Notes under the pieces: model-generated | Database searches by the model: none | Seen by the model: the letters and a program-made list of their open reading frames with translations, nothing else | Told to the model about the DNA's origin: nothing | Shown: one piece after another, positions 1 to 9,519 of the stretch | Layout: each line of letters opens with the position of its first letter | How positions within the stretch are numbered: position 1 is the first letter of the stretch | Origin: an uncultured Fibrobacter sp. | GTDB taxonomy: Bacteria; Fibrobacterota; Fibrobacteria; Fibrobacterales; Fibrobacteraceae | Length of the DNA: 57,559 nucleotides | Reading direction: 5' to 3' | NCBI GenBank assembly: GCA_946402415.1 | Contig: CAMIWK010000001.1 | Location: forward strand, 1 to 57,559 | Translations under genes and position numbers: made by a program

Positions 1-274
1 CCTTCAGGTCGCTGATGAAGAACAGCGAGCAGAGCTGGCAGCTGTTGGTGGTAGAGACGGCGTGGGCGTAGACCGTGGCGGCACGCTGCCCGATGATTTC
101 CACAAGGCGCCCCCAGCTGGTGTACCAGCCCATGAAGGCGTCAAATGTTGCGTAGTCCTGCAACAGCGCACGCTTCATGTTGGTAATCTTGCCGGTAGAG
201 ATCAGCTTTTCGTAGGCCTCCTTGGCCTTGCCCTGAGCTTCGTCAACAGATTCAATAAATTTTACTCTTGCCAT
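1..274 (-). CDS. Carboxymuconolactone decarboxylase/AhpD-like protein (runs off the window edge)
   Basis: Not in the ORF track; translated by hand from ATG at 274: MARVKFIESVDEAQGKAKEAYEKLISTGKITNMKRALL...VYAHAVSTTNSCQLCSLFF. It has the AhpD-type VS..NxCxxC motif and an upstream SD (AAGGAG). Confidence 0.75.
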   Translation of the reverse strand, partial: MARVKFIESVDEAQGKAKEAYEKLISTGKITNMKRALLQDYATFDAFMGWYTSWGRLVEIIGQRAATVYAHAVSTTNSCQLCSLFFISDLK

Positions 275-423
275 ATTTTGCACTCTCCTTTGGTGCGATA
301 GCACCGTTTTTTGTTGCGCAAAATATAGAAGCGGTTTTTCGCTCTGTCCAATACTTAATTCTTATGCAGAGTTATCAGTTTTTTTTATAGTGACCGTGGC
401 TGGCGGGCTTGATTTGACGTCTT

Positions 424-669
424 TTACGGCTCGCGACCGAGTACGGCTCGGGCTAGCTGGTCGGCGCAAGAGGTGGGCTTGTTGCCGCAGGTGTTGCCCA
501 GGAGCTTTGCTGCGATATCTTCGGCATTCATGCCTTCGCAGAGCTTTGCGATGGCCTTCAGGTTGCCGTTGCAGCCACCTGTGAAGCGGATATTGCGGAT
601 TTTGTCGCCGTCACGGGTAAACTGGATGGTGGTGGCGCATGTGCCTTTTGTCTTGAATGTCTCTTCCAT
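424..669 (-). CDS. TIGR03905-type small TSCPD-domain protein
   Basis: MEETFKTKGTC...FTGGCNGNLKAIAKL...CGNKPTSCADQLARA; the TSCxDQ motif is present. Start moved to ATG 669, which has an upstream GAGG. Confidence 0.85.
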   Translation of the reverse strand: MEETFKTKGTCATTIQFTRDGDKIRNIRFTGGCNGNLKAIAKLCEGMNAEDIAAKLLGNTCGNKPTSCADQLARAVLGREP

Positions 670-710
670 AGGGTACCTCTGGCCAAAATATAATTTGTAA
701 ATTATGACGT

Positions 711-3700
711 ATGAAGTTAAATGCGGTTTTCTTTGCATTTGTTTTGGGGCTTTTGTCTTTGGCCCAGGCGGCGGACACTTTGGAAGTGTTCGTATTGCTG
801 GTGGATTTCAAGGAGGAGCAGCCCGACAACTCGCTGACTACGGGCAACGGCAAGTTCAATTCTGACACCAAGGTGACCTACAAGCTGGACCCCTCGGGGG
901 TTCGCGCCAACCCCAACTATTGGCTTAGGCATTTCGAGTTCGTGAACGCTTTTTACCAGGCGGCCAGCGGTGGCAAGCTTGCGGTTCGGGCACGGGTTTT
1001 CCCGGAAAATTCCCTGTACACTCTGGACAAGCCCATTATCGGTTACAACAGGACCAGCAAGAGCAAAGGGGAAAAAACGGCGGAATACGACGAAGATCGC
1101 AGCAGACTTTACCTGAACTTTATTTACGATGCGGTGGCCAAGGCCCATTCCTCTAGCGAGTCGCCTTTCAAGGTTCCTCTTTCCAAGAACCCCAATGTAA
1201 AACGCTCCTATATGATTGCCCACGCAGGGGCGAGCCGCCTGCTGGACGGTGGAAGCATGGGCACACGCAATGCAGATACGCCGGGTGATTTTCTGGACAT
1301 TTACGTGGATAAGGACGCCTGGATGTACCTGATGCCCGATTCGGCGAAGGTGAAGAGTGTGCGGCCCGTGATGGGCGTGGGCGAGAACGGCGATACGGTA
1401 ACGACGGCTCTAGCCCTGAAGGGCGGCGCGACGGATACCCTGCGCTCTATCATGGTGGTGTCGGAGACGGCATCTCAAGATGGACTGAACTGGGGTATCA
1501 ACGGAATTATTGCGAACCAGGTGGGTCGCGAGCTTGGGCTGCCCAATACTTACGATGTGGTGAAGGGCATTAGCCGCCTGGGTTATTTTGATCTGATGGA
1601 TTTTGCGGGCTATAACGCGGGTAACGGATTCTTGCCGGCGCTGCCTGCAGCCTGGGACAGGCTCTATATGGGCTGGGGTACTGTAAAAGAAGTCCGCCCC
1701 ACGGCAGGTCATCCGGTAACTGTGGAAATTGCGGCGGCAGGAAGTGGTCTCGGTACCGAAATCGTGAAGGTGCCCCTGAACGGCAGCGAATACCTGCTGA
1801 TCGAGAACCGTCAGCGCAGCTGGAACAAGGACGGCACGGTAGAAGTGGGCCATGTCCGGAATGCAGGTGAGCAGACCGAAGAAGAAAAGATTACGGTCCC
1901 GGTGGATAGCATCTCCAAGCTTTTCGAGGACAGCGTGTGCGTAAAGGGCAAGTGCAAGCCTAACGCGAAGCAGCTGAGCGGATTCATTCTGGCCCCCAGT
2001 TCTTTTGACGCGGGCCTGCCTGCCAGCGGCATTGCGGTTTGGAAGGTGAATGACTGGTACTTGCGTGAAACCTTGAGATACGGCGTGGCGAATTTCTGGG
2101 GTGGCGACACCCTGCGTGACCACCAGTTCGGAATTTCGCTTGTAGAGTCCGACGGAATACTTTCTATCGGCAAGTCCTTCAAGAATGCCCTGGGCGAAGA
2201 TACCTACGATTACGGAAGCGGTACGGACTTGTTGCCCCACCTGCGTATACCTGCAAAGGATTCCAAGCAGAAGTTCGATACGGTAAAGACCATTGCCCCT
2301 ACAGGGTATGCCAACACCATGACAACCCAGGGCGGCTACACGGGAATCAAGATTACGGTAAACGTACCCAAGGATGCCCGCAAAGAAAAGACATCTAACG
2401 CCTTCATGGGCGATAGCGTAGTGAACTATGCGGCTCCCATCATCAGCGTGACCATCAGCATTGACGACGGTAGTATCGAAGGGAGCAAGTTCCCTCGCGA
2501 GATTGGCTTGAATTCGGCGGTGCGTGGCGCGGTGTTTGTAGATGACCCGGAACATGAGGGTGAAAAGATTATTGTGGTGGGTGCCGAAGACGGAACCCTG
2601 CAGGCCTTTAATGCCCTGGGCGACACGCTATTCGTGGCAGACACGGTAATCACGAAGAAGTCCCTGACTCGCGACAGCGCCAAGGTGGAAGTGCCGCTGT
2701 ACCGTGTGGGGCCGAGCAATGGAGCGCTGGTGGGCATGGCCAGTGACGGCAAGGACGTTTATAGCCTGCACAGGAAAAAGCTGGTGAAGACACGCTTTTT
2801 TGGCGGCATCCCGATACAAGACGAACTTGCGGTGGATTCCGCTACGGCGGGGCCTGTCATTCACGATGGAAAAATCTGGATAGCCAGTCGCGAAGGCGTG
2901 GTGATGTATGACGCGGTCAAGTTTGAAAAGAAGTTGACAATAAACGTTCATGAGTCCAATTCGTCTGCGTCCAAGATCTATACCGACATGGCCTACTGCA
3001 GGCAGGATGCTGGCAAGGGTATCGAGGGTGTACAGGTGTCCAGTGATGGTGAGCTCTTTACGACACAGGGATGGATCAAGCTGAACGGAAAATCTGGCGA
3101 GACATTCCGCATCGCCTGTACCGATATGGATCGCGACGACAAGGTGGATATCATTGCTGTGGGCAGTCGCGGGACAGTTGTGGCTGTAAATTACGATGAG
3201 GCCAAGAAGAGCTTGGTGACCCGCTGGATCAAAAGCTACAAGCGTGGTGCAGCAGGCTCAAGCGGCCTGAAGGACGAGACTTCGGGTATTGCCATCGGCG
3301 ATGTCAATGGGGACAAGTATCCCGAAGTCGTATTCCTGGGAGACAACCTGGTGTACGCTTTGGATCGTTCGGGCTTGCCTATCGCCGGGTTCCCCATAAA
3401 GGTTAGCCGAGGCACACCGATTTATGGTTTCTTCAGCGACCCGATTCTTGTGGATGTGAACGGCGATGCCGATCCTGAAATTTTGATACCCAGCAACGAT
3501 GGTTTGGTTTATGCCTATACTGGCAAGGGTAAGGCTTTGGCTGAAAAGGACGGATTCCCGCTGGCGGCAGGCAGCTTTGAGTACGTGGAGTCTGCAAAGC
3601 AGTTGAAGCCCATGAGCATCTTTGTTGCAGACGCCGTTCCTACGGCAAAGTCGGCTGGTCCCGAAATTTACGCCCTGCATCGGGGCAAGCTCTCGGCGTT

Positions 3701-4118
3701 CCGCTTGCGGAAGGCCTCTACTGGGGCGGTGGAATCTCCGGCGGCCTGGACGCTCCCTGCCGGCGGAAACGAGAGGACTGGATTCTTCGATGCTTCCAAG
3801 TTGGGCGCACCTGAGGCCTCTAAGCAGAAAGACGAAATTCGGGAATTCTTTGTGTACCCGAACCCTGTGCGTGGCGGAAACGCCAAGGCTCGCTTTGAGA
3901 TTGGGAACAGCGCCAAGACGGTCACTTTGGAGATTTACGACATTACGGGTTACTGCGTTTACCAGCAGAAAATGTCCGGTGTTCAGGCGGGCCGAAACCA
4001 GTTTGAAAACCTGGACTTGAAAGCCTTGGGCAGTGATGTCTATACGGTCCGGCTGCAGGTGAAGTTCAGTTCCGGCAAGACCAAGCAGAAACTGTACCGC
4101 ATTGGGGTGGTGAGATGA
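711..4118 (+). CDS. Secreted M6 (immune inhibitor A)-like peptidase homologue with FG-GAP/VCBS repeats and a T9SS-type C-terminal domain; catalytic motif degenerate
   Basis: Signal peptide. M6 hallmarks VLLVDF, IAHAG, LGLPNTYD, FDLMD, AWDRLYMGW, EYLLIENRQ. DxDxDG repeats (DMDRDD, DVNGDKYPE, DVNGDADPE). C-terminal VYPNP...IYDITG...VYTVRL. Confidence 0.75.
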   Translation: MKLNAVFFAFVLGLLSLAQAADTLEVFVLLVDFKEEQPDNSLTTGNGKFNSDTKVTYKLDPSGVRANPNYWLRHFEFVNAFYQAASGGKLAVRARVFPENSLYTLDKPIIGYNRTSKSKGEKTAEYDEDRSRLYLNFIYDAVAKAHSSSESPFKVPLSKNPNVKRSYMIAHAGASRLLDGGSMGTRNADTPGDFLDIYVDKDAWMYLMPDSAKVKSVRPVMGVGENGDTVTTALALKGGATDTLRSIMVVSETASQDGLNWGINGIIANQVGRELGLPNTYDVVKGISRLGYFDLMDFAGYNAGNGFLPALPAAWDRLYMGWGTVKEVRPTAGHPVTVEIAAAGSGLGTEIVKVPLNGSEYLLIENRQRSWNKDGTVEVGHVRNAGEQTEEEKITVPVDSISKLFEDSVCVKGKCKPNAKQLSGFILAPSSFDAGLPASGIAVWKVNDWYLRETLRYGVANFWGGDTLRDHQFGISLVESDGILSIGKSFKNALGEDTYDYGSGTDLLPHLRIPAKDSKQKFDTVKTIAPTGYANTMTTQGGYTGIKITVNVPKDARKEKTSNAFMGDSVVNYAAPIISVTISIDDGSIEGSKFPREIGLNSAVRGAVFVDDPEHEGEKIIVVGAEDGTLQAFNALGDTLFVADTVITKKSLTRDSAKVEVPLYRVGPSNGALVGMASDGKDVYSLHRKKLVKTRFFGGIPIQDELAVDSATAGPVIHDGKIWIASREGVVMYDAVKFEKKLTINVHESNSSASKIYTDMAYCRQDAGKGIEGVQVSSDGELFTTQGWIKLNGKSGETFRIACTDMDRDDKVDIIAVGSRGTVVAVNYDEAKKSLVTRWIKSYKRGAAGSSGLKDETSGIAIGDVNGDKYPEVVFLGDNLVYALDRSGLPIAGFPIKVSRGTPIYGFFSDPILVDVNGDADPEILIPSNDGLVYAYTGKGKALAEKDGFPLAAGSFEYVESAKQLKPMSIFVADAVPTAKSAGPEIYALHRGKLSAFRLRKASTGAVESPAAWTLPAGGNERTGFFDASKLGAPEASKQKDEIREFFVYPNPVRGGNAKARFEIGNSAKTVTLEIYDITGYCVYQQKMSGVQAGRNQFENLDLKALGSDVYTVRLQVKFSSGKTKQKLYRIGVVR

Positions 4119-5008
4119 CACATATGAGGTTTGTAGAAAAGTTTTTATTGGTGTCTGTTTTCGCAGCTTTTTTGGCCGCTTGTTCTGCAAGTGGTGGCGA
4201 ACAGACTTTTGAACCCATAATCCCCGATGAAAACGAGCATCCCGTTAATTCTTCGGGGTCTATTGCTCCCCAGTCCTCTGGCGGTGCAGCTGAAGATACC
4301 TCCTGGGCATCCCTTATGGATTGGGCCGAAATTCCTGCGGCTAGCCTTACGCGGGGAACTGCAATTTATTCTATTTCTAGTTTTGAAATTACTACTACCG
4401 AGGTGACCCGGGGTGTTTACGCCAAGGTTATGGGGAATGTTCCTCAGCAGGCAAACGACGGCGAGGATTTTCCGGTAGAAAACTTGAACTGGTACCAGGC
4501 GGTTCTCTTCTGCAACGCCTATTCCAAATTGCTTGGTCGCGATACGGCCTACATTTACACTTCTGTGGGTGATGAATCTTACCTGAAAGACCTGGTTATC
4601 AATTATAGTGTCAAGGGAGCGATTCGCCTACCTACGGAAAGCGAATGGGAAGTCGCCGCTCGAGGTGGAACCACATCTAAGTATTATTGGGGCTCGGAAG
4701 AAGCAAGGAAATATGCCTATTACGGACAAAGTAAGGGTCCTGTGGCGGTAGGTCAGTACTTGCCCAATGAATATGGTCTCTACGATATGGCTGGAAATGT
4801 GGCCGAGTGGCTGAACGATTGGTACGGTTCTTACGAGAACAAGGATATAGTTGATCCTACCGGAGCCGATACAGGAACGAATCGCGTTGTGCGCGGTGGT
4901 GGTTGGGCTGATAAGGCGACCGCACTCGCCTCTAGCGAACGTGACAAGAAGGCTCCCCTGTATAAGGGCCATACTTTGGGCTTTCGGATAGCCCGCTCTA
5001 CAAAATAG
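4115..5008 (+). CDS. FGE-sulfatase (SUMF1/GldK-like) domain lipoprotein
   Basis: Lipobox LAAC; motifs TEVT, PVENLNW, RLPTESEWEVAARGG, PNEYGLYDMAGNVAEW, RVVRGGGW, GFR. Overlaps the upstream stop (ATGA). Start may be 4124. Confidence 0.85.
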   Translation: MTHMRFVEKFLLVSVFAAFLAACSASGGEQTFEPIIPDENEHPVNSSGSIAPQSSGGAAEDTSWASLMDWAEIPAASLTRGTAIYSISSFEITTTEVTRGVYAKVMGNVPQQANDGEDFPVENLNWYQAVLFCNAYSKLLGRDTAYIYTSVGDESYLKDLVINYSVKGAIRLPTESEWEVAARGGTTSKYYWGSEEARKYAYYGQSKGPVAVGQYLPNEYGLYDMAGNVAEWLNDWYGSYENKDIVDPTGADTGTNRVVRGGGWADKATALASSERDKKAPLYKGHTLGFRIARSTK

Positions 5009-5036
5009 TCCTCGTAAAATTTTTAGATTTTAGCCT

Positions 5037-5537
5037 ATGAAGATTTCTGGATGGATTCTCCTGTTTGGGCTATTTGTACTCTTTGGCTGTTCCAAGGAGG
5101 AAAGTGCCCCTGCTCCACTACCACCTCTCAAGAAGATTGAGGTTCCCGAAGGTGTGGTAGGCTTTTATTCGGGTCGGCTACCCTGTGACAGCTGCATGGC
5201 GAATATGGTCAAGGTCCAGCTGAAGGAGGACAGTTCCGTAGTGTTCATCCAGAGCATTGCCAGGGGTTCTACTCCAGATTCCATCGATACGGATACCCTG
5301 TCAGGGCGTTTTACTATGGCTGGCGACAAGTTGTCTATGGAACTTTCAGAAGGAAAGGTCCGTTACCATTTCCAGCAGGGGTCTTATGGCTCCTTTGCCT
5401 TGCTTACGGGAGCGGGCACCGTCTATAAGGATCAGGACGGATTCAAGGCAGAACTCATCAGAATTTATATCAATCCCTTGAGAACGGCCGACGATACTAC
5501 GAAGGCTGATTCTGCGAAAGCGGTAGAGGACAAGTGA
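5037..5537 (+). CDS. NlpE (CutF) N-terminal domain lipoprotein
   Basis: Lipobox LFGC; YSGRLPCDSC matches the NlpE GxLPCxDC motif. Confidence 0.7.
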   Translation: MKISGWILLFGLFVLFGCSKEESAPAPLPPLKKIEVPEGVVGFYSGRLPCDSCMANMVKVQLKEDSSVVFIQSIARGSTPDSIDTDTLSGRFTMAGDKLSMELSEGKVRYHFQQGSYGSFALLTGAGTVYKDQDGFKAELIRIYINPLRTADDTTKADSAKAVEDK

Positions 5538-6304
5538 TGCAGTGTACGGCTCTGATTGTAGATGATGAACCTCTGGCCCGCGTGCGCATGCGTTCGCTGC
5601 TTGCGCCCTATTCTTCAGAGATTGAAATTGTGGGCGAGGCCGCCTCTGGTGCAGAAGCCATCGAGAAAATTGGCCAGCTCTTGCCCGACGTGGTGTTTCT
5701 GGATATCCAGTTGGACGATATGGATGCTTTCGAGGCGTTGAAAGCCCTGGAAGAGGACATGCCGCTAATCGTGTTCACTACGGCTTATGATAACTTTGCC
5801 TTGCGGGCCTATGAGGAGAACACGGTAGATTACCTGCTGAAGCCTGTGGAGCCTGCCCGTCTAGAAAAGACAGTGGAGAAATTGCGGAAACGCCTTGACC
5901 AGGTGTCGGAAGAGAACCAGCTGCCCGAGAATTTCTCCTGGGATGCCTTTAGGCAGGTGATGGGGGCCGCCAATAACTACTTGCAACGCATTCAGGTGAA
6001 AATTGGCGATAGGATTCTGCTGGTGAACGTGGATGAAATCATCCGTTTCCAGAGCGAGGAAAAGTATACGACGGTCTATACCTTGAGCGGCCCGTACGTG
6101 ATAGACACTCCTCTTGTGGACTTGGAAAAGAAGCTGGACCCGCGGCAGTTCGTACGAATCCATCGTGCGCATTTGGTGGCTATCGACTATATCGCCGAAA
6201 TCAGAAAAACCGATATGGGCCGGCTGAACGTGGTGCTACGGGATAAGGACCATAGCCAGTTGCTGGTCAGTAGAAATTTTGTGAAGAAGGTGCGCAGCCT
6301 TTGA
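5534..6304 (+). CDS. LytTR-family response regulator
   Basis: Receiver motifs IVDDEPLAR, VFLDI, FTTAYD, DYLLKP; LytTR motif FVRIHRAHLV. Confidence 0.93.
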   Translation: MMQCTALIVDDEPLARVRMRSLLAPYSSEIEIVGEAASGAEAIEKIGQLLPDVVFLDIQLDDMDAFEALKALEEDMPLIVFTTAYDNFALRAYEENTVDYLLKPVEPARLEKTVEKLRKRLDQVSEENQLPENFSWDAFRQVMGAANNYLQRIQVKIGDRILLVNVDEIIRFQSEEKYTTVYTLSGPYVIDTPLVDLEKKLDPRQFVRIHRAHLVAIDYIAEIRKTDMGRLNVVLRDKDHSQLLVSRNFVKKVRSL

Positions 6305-6325
6305 GTAGATTTAATTGAGTCTTAT

Positions 6326-7714
6326 ATGGAAAGTTCACCGAAACAGTTTTCGCCGAAAAAGTTTTTGAAAGGTTTGACACGGGAAATAATTGTCCCGGTG
6401 GTGCTGGCGCTGATTGTCATCCAGTACGTGATTCAGGCGTTCCAGATTCCCAGCGGCTCTATGGAAGATTCTCTGCATACGGGTGACTTTCTGCTGGGCC
6501 TCAAGTTTACCTACGGGTCGCCCATTCCTTTCAGTAACCAGCATTTCCCGGGCTATACCTTGCCTAAGAAGGGCGATGTGGTGATTTTCCGCTACCCGGG
6601 TGAGCCTGAATACCCGGACAACAATCCCGGCCGTTACACCCATCTGTTTAATGCCCTAATGTTTGGGAATTTCTACTGGGATCACGAGCCCGAAGAGGGC
6701 CAGCCCCATTTGATTCACTATGCCGACGGCCCCAAGGATTACATCAAGCGTTGCGTAGGTGTAAGCGGCGATACTCTGGCGGTTCACAAGGGCGTGCTCT
6801 ATCTGAACGGCGTTCGGCAAGATTCTCTACCCGGGCATGGCAAGTATACCTCTACGTTTAGGACCAAGTCCCCTAAGGATGAGCGTGAGGCCTTTGTGGT
6901 TCCGTCGGTAGGGGATGTTTTCTATGTGGATTCCTTGCCCCTTGAAAAGTTGTGGTGGCTCCGTTCCTTGGTGCTGCAGGAAAATCCCGACAGCCATGTG
7001 GAACTGGACCTTTCGCTGTGGATAGATGGCGTAGAGAACAACAATTACGAGTTTGAGAAATTCTTTATCCCGGTGGAAAACGACCGTAGTCTCTTGATAA
7101 ACGACATGCTGCGTTACAACCGTACGGTTTTGCAGCAACGCCTGACCCAGGGTGACACGATTTATGGGACTATGAGCTTTGCCTATTTCAAGGAGCTTTC
7201 GAGAATAGGGTTCCTGCCGATGCTGGACCCGCACCAGAAGGGCGGCACGACACGTCCGGTAAGCTACATCGGATTTGACGCCTCGGTGTTGCGGGATCTG
7301 GAAGGGAACGTAGCGCTGCTAAACCAGCCGGCAGATACGACCGCCGTGGACAGCCTGGTCGCGGATTCTGCAGCGATTGACACGACGGCTGTTGATACGT
7401 CGGCAACCCCTGCGGAACAAACTGCTTCGAAGTTCGAGATTCGCCGTCGCCTGCTGGTAGATGGCAAGCCTATCGAAAGCTACACCGTCAAGACTCCGCA
7501 ATTCTTTATGATGGGTGACAACCGTGACAATTCTGCCGACAGCCGCTATTGGGGTTTTGTATCGCTCCGCAATGTTCGTGCGAAAGCATTTGTGATTTAT
7601 TTTTCCTTCGAAAACGATGACCAGAAATTCGCCCTGGGCAATCCTTTTACCTGGTGGCGCATTCCCTTCAATATTCGTTGGAGCCGTATAGGCAAGATTA
7701 TTCCTTTGATTTGA
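6326..7714 (+). CDS. lepB: Signal peptidase I with a large insertion
   Basis: N-terminal TM helix; IPSGSM (catalytic Ser), YIKRCVG (catalytic Lys), FMMGDNRDNSADSRYWGFV. Confidence 0.93.
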   Translation: MESSPKQFSPKKFLKGLTREIIVPVVLALIVIQYVIQAFQIPSGSMEDSLHTGDFLLGLKFTYGSPIPFSNQHFPGYTLPKKGDVVIFRYPGEPEYPDNNPGRYTHLFNALMFGNFYWDHEPEEGQPHLIHYADGPKDYIKRCVGVSGDTLAVHKGVLYLNGVRQDSLPGHGKYTSTFRTKSPKDEREAFVVPSVGDVFYVDSLPLEKLWWLRSLVLQENPDSHVELDLSLWIDGVENNNYEFEKFFIPVENDRSLLINDMLRYNRTVLQQRLTQGDTIYGTMSFAYFKELSRIGFLPMLDPHQKGGTTRPVSYIGFDASVLRDLEGNVALLNQPADTTAVDSLVADSAAIDTTAVDTSATPAEQTASKFEIRRRLLVDGKPIESYTVKTPQFFMMGDNRDNSADSRYWGFVSLRNVRAKAFVIYFSFENDDQKFALGNPFTWWRIPFNIRWSRIGKIIPLI

Positions 7715-7715
7715 T

Positions 7716-9512
7716 ATGAAGTTTAGGACTGTTGCATATTGCCTTTGGACTATCCTTGCACTTGTCTGTGCAGGGTTTGTGGCCTGTGCCACACAGGTGG
7801 CGCCAGGCGGCGGTCCAGAAGACAAGCTGCCTCCCCGGATTGCGGCAGTCTACCCGGCTCCTGGTACCACGAACCACCCCAATGAACTTTACATCAAACT
7901 GGAATTCGATGAGTGGATTAGTCCCAGCATTCCGAGAAACGCTGTCTCTATTTCGCCGCCTATCGAGAAGAAAATGCGTTTCGAGGTTAGCGGCAAGACT
8001 CTGGAATTGACTTCCCGCGGGCTATTGGATACGGGCACTACCTATACGGTGACCTTTGCCAGCGGAATCAAGGACCTGCACGGTAACGCCCTTGCAAAGC
8101 CTTTCCAGGTGGTGTTTTCTACGGGCTCCCATATCGATTCCCTGAAGCTCCCTGGGCGGATCATGGTACACGATTCCATGACAAAGAAAAAGCTGTACCC
8201 CAGTGTCGGACTTTTCTTGATGGGTCAGGAACGCGAGGGCATTCGCTACTTGCAAAAATACAGGGACACGACTACGAACCTGCTGGACTCGCTCCCTATG
8301 CTTACGAAGGAACCGCCTCTATACACCACTCTCGTGGATAGCGCCGGAAACTTTGAGCTGACGGGCCTTAAGCCGGGCCGTTACCGCATAGCGGCATTCC
8401 TTGATGGCAACGGGAATCAGAAAATAGAGCCGTCGGCAGAGCCGGTAGGCTTTTGGGAAAAAGACATTGTGCTGACGGAAACGTCTTCTGATACGCTCTG
8501 GATTCCGTTAGCGGACCAGGATACCAGTTACTTGGAGTTGGAATCGGTGACCCAGCCCTTCGCCAACATTCTAGAAGCGACCTTTACCAGGCCTGTCTAC
8601 TTCGATTCCCTTTTCAGGGATACGAACAACTGTTCTCTCACTTCCAATGCCGATGGGAAAAAACTGTACCCTTCCAAGGTGTATCTTGGACCGACGTCAC
8701 AAAAGCCGCAGTTCTACTTTAGCGAAAAGCCTAAGAAAGAAACGATCTATAAGTTTGCCTGCCGCGAGGCGAAGGATTCCCTGTTCCGCCCTCTGGATAC
8801 GCTCCGCAATTATGTGGAATGGGAATGGCAGGACATAGCCAAGGATACCCTTGCTTCAAGCATTGTGGGCGCAAAATTCACATCTAGGACCAAGACAGTA
8901 TTCCCTCAGGATTCTCTGATTGTTTCATATGACAAGCCTTTTGGCGATACCCTGGCTCAGACTTTCCACATTGCCATCAACAAGGATACGGTTCAGGTGA
9001 ACGTAGAGCCCCTGGATCCTGTTCGTTTGCTGGTAAAACGTGAAGAGGAATGGCCTACGGATGTGGCTATTGAAGTTTTGGAGGGCTATAACGATACGAC
9101 CCTCGCGGCGGCAGACAGTAATGGTGTGCGCGATACGGTCATTACCTTGAAATACAAACGCCTAAGCAGGGTGGAATCGGTGTCCAAGCTGAAACTCGCC
9201 TCTCTCAAGGGGGCTATCCCAGGTGGCAACGCCCAGGTGGCGGTAAGGCTGACTTCTATTGACACCAAGGCTTCCCAGATTACCAAGTGCGATGAAGCGG
9301 GAAACTTCAATTTCCCGGCTCTGGAAGAGGGCGGGTTCTTTATCGAGTATTATTACCCGGAAGAGGGCCGCAATACGCCCGATGCGGGCAAGCTTATGCC
9401 CTTCAGGTTCGGCCAGCCTTGGCGTGCTCCCAGCGATACGGTTAAAATTTCCAAGGGCGAGAATGACCTGAACAAGTTGGTTCCCGATTTGCCGACATTG
9501 TCAAAGAAGTGA
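7716..9512 (+). CDS. Ig-like (Big_5) domain lipoprotein
   Basis: Lipobox FVAC followed by the CA...PGGGPEDKLPP N-terminus typical of the Bacteroidota-type family; also TTYTVTF...IKDLHGN...FSTG. Confidence 0.75.
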   Translation: MKFRTVAYCLWTILALVCAGFVACATQVAPGGGPEDKLPPRIAAVYPAPGTTNHPNELYIKLEFDEWISPSIPRNAVSISPPIEKKMRFEVSGKTLELTSRGLLDTGTTYTVTFASGIKDLHGNALAKPFQVVFSTGSHIDSLKLPGRIMVHDSMTKKKLYPSVGLFLMGQEREGIRYLQKYRDTTTNLLDSLPMLTKEPPLYTTLVDSAGNFELTGLKPGRYRIAAFLDGNGNQKIEPSAEPVGFWEKDIVLTETSSDTLWIPLADQDTSYLELESVTQPFANILEATFTRPVYFDSLFRDTNNCSLTSNADGKKLYPSKVYLGPTSQKPQFYFSEKPKKETIYKFACREAKDSLFRPLDTLRNYVEWEWQDIAKDTLASSIVGAKFTSRTKTVFPQDSLIVSYDKPFGDTLAQTFHIAINKDTVQVNVEPLDPVRLLVKREEEWPTDVAIEVLEGYNDTTLAAADSNGVRDTVITLKYKRLSRVESVSKLKLASLKGAIPGGNAQVAVRLTSIDTKASQITKCDEAGNFNFPALEEGGFFIEYYYPEEGRNTPDAGKLMPFRFGQPWRAPSDTVKISKGENDLNKLVPDLPTLSKK

Positions 9513-9519
9513 GATTCTT

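Noticed and set aside
345-392. Possible LysR-type operator upstream of the AhpD-like gene
   Set aside because: Only a degenerate ATA-N9-GAT in AT-rich DNA; too weak to support.
4115-5008. FGE-type and Fib_succ_major (55947-56960) domains as possible diversity-generating retroelement targets
   Set aside because: No reverse transcriptase and no adenine-mismatched template repeat of either 3' end was seen in the window.
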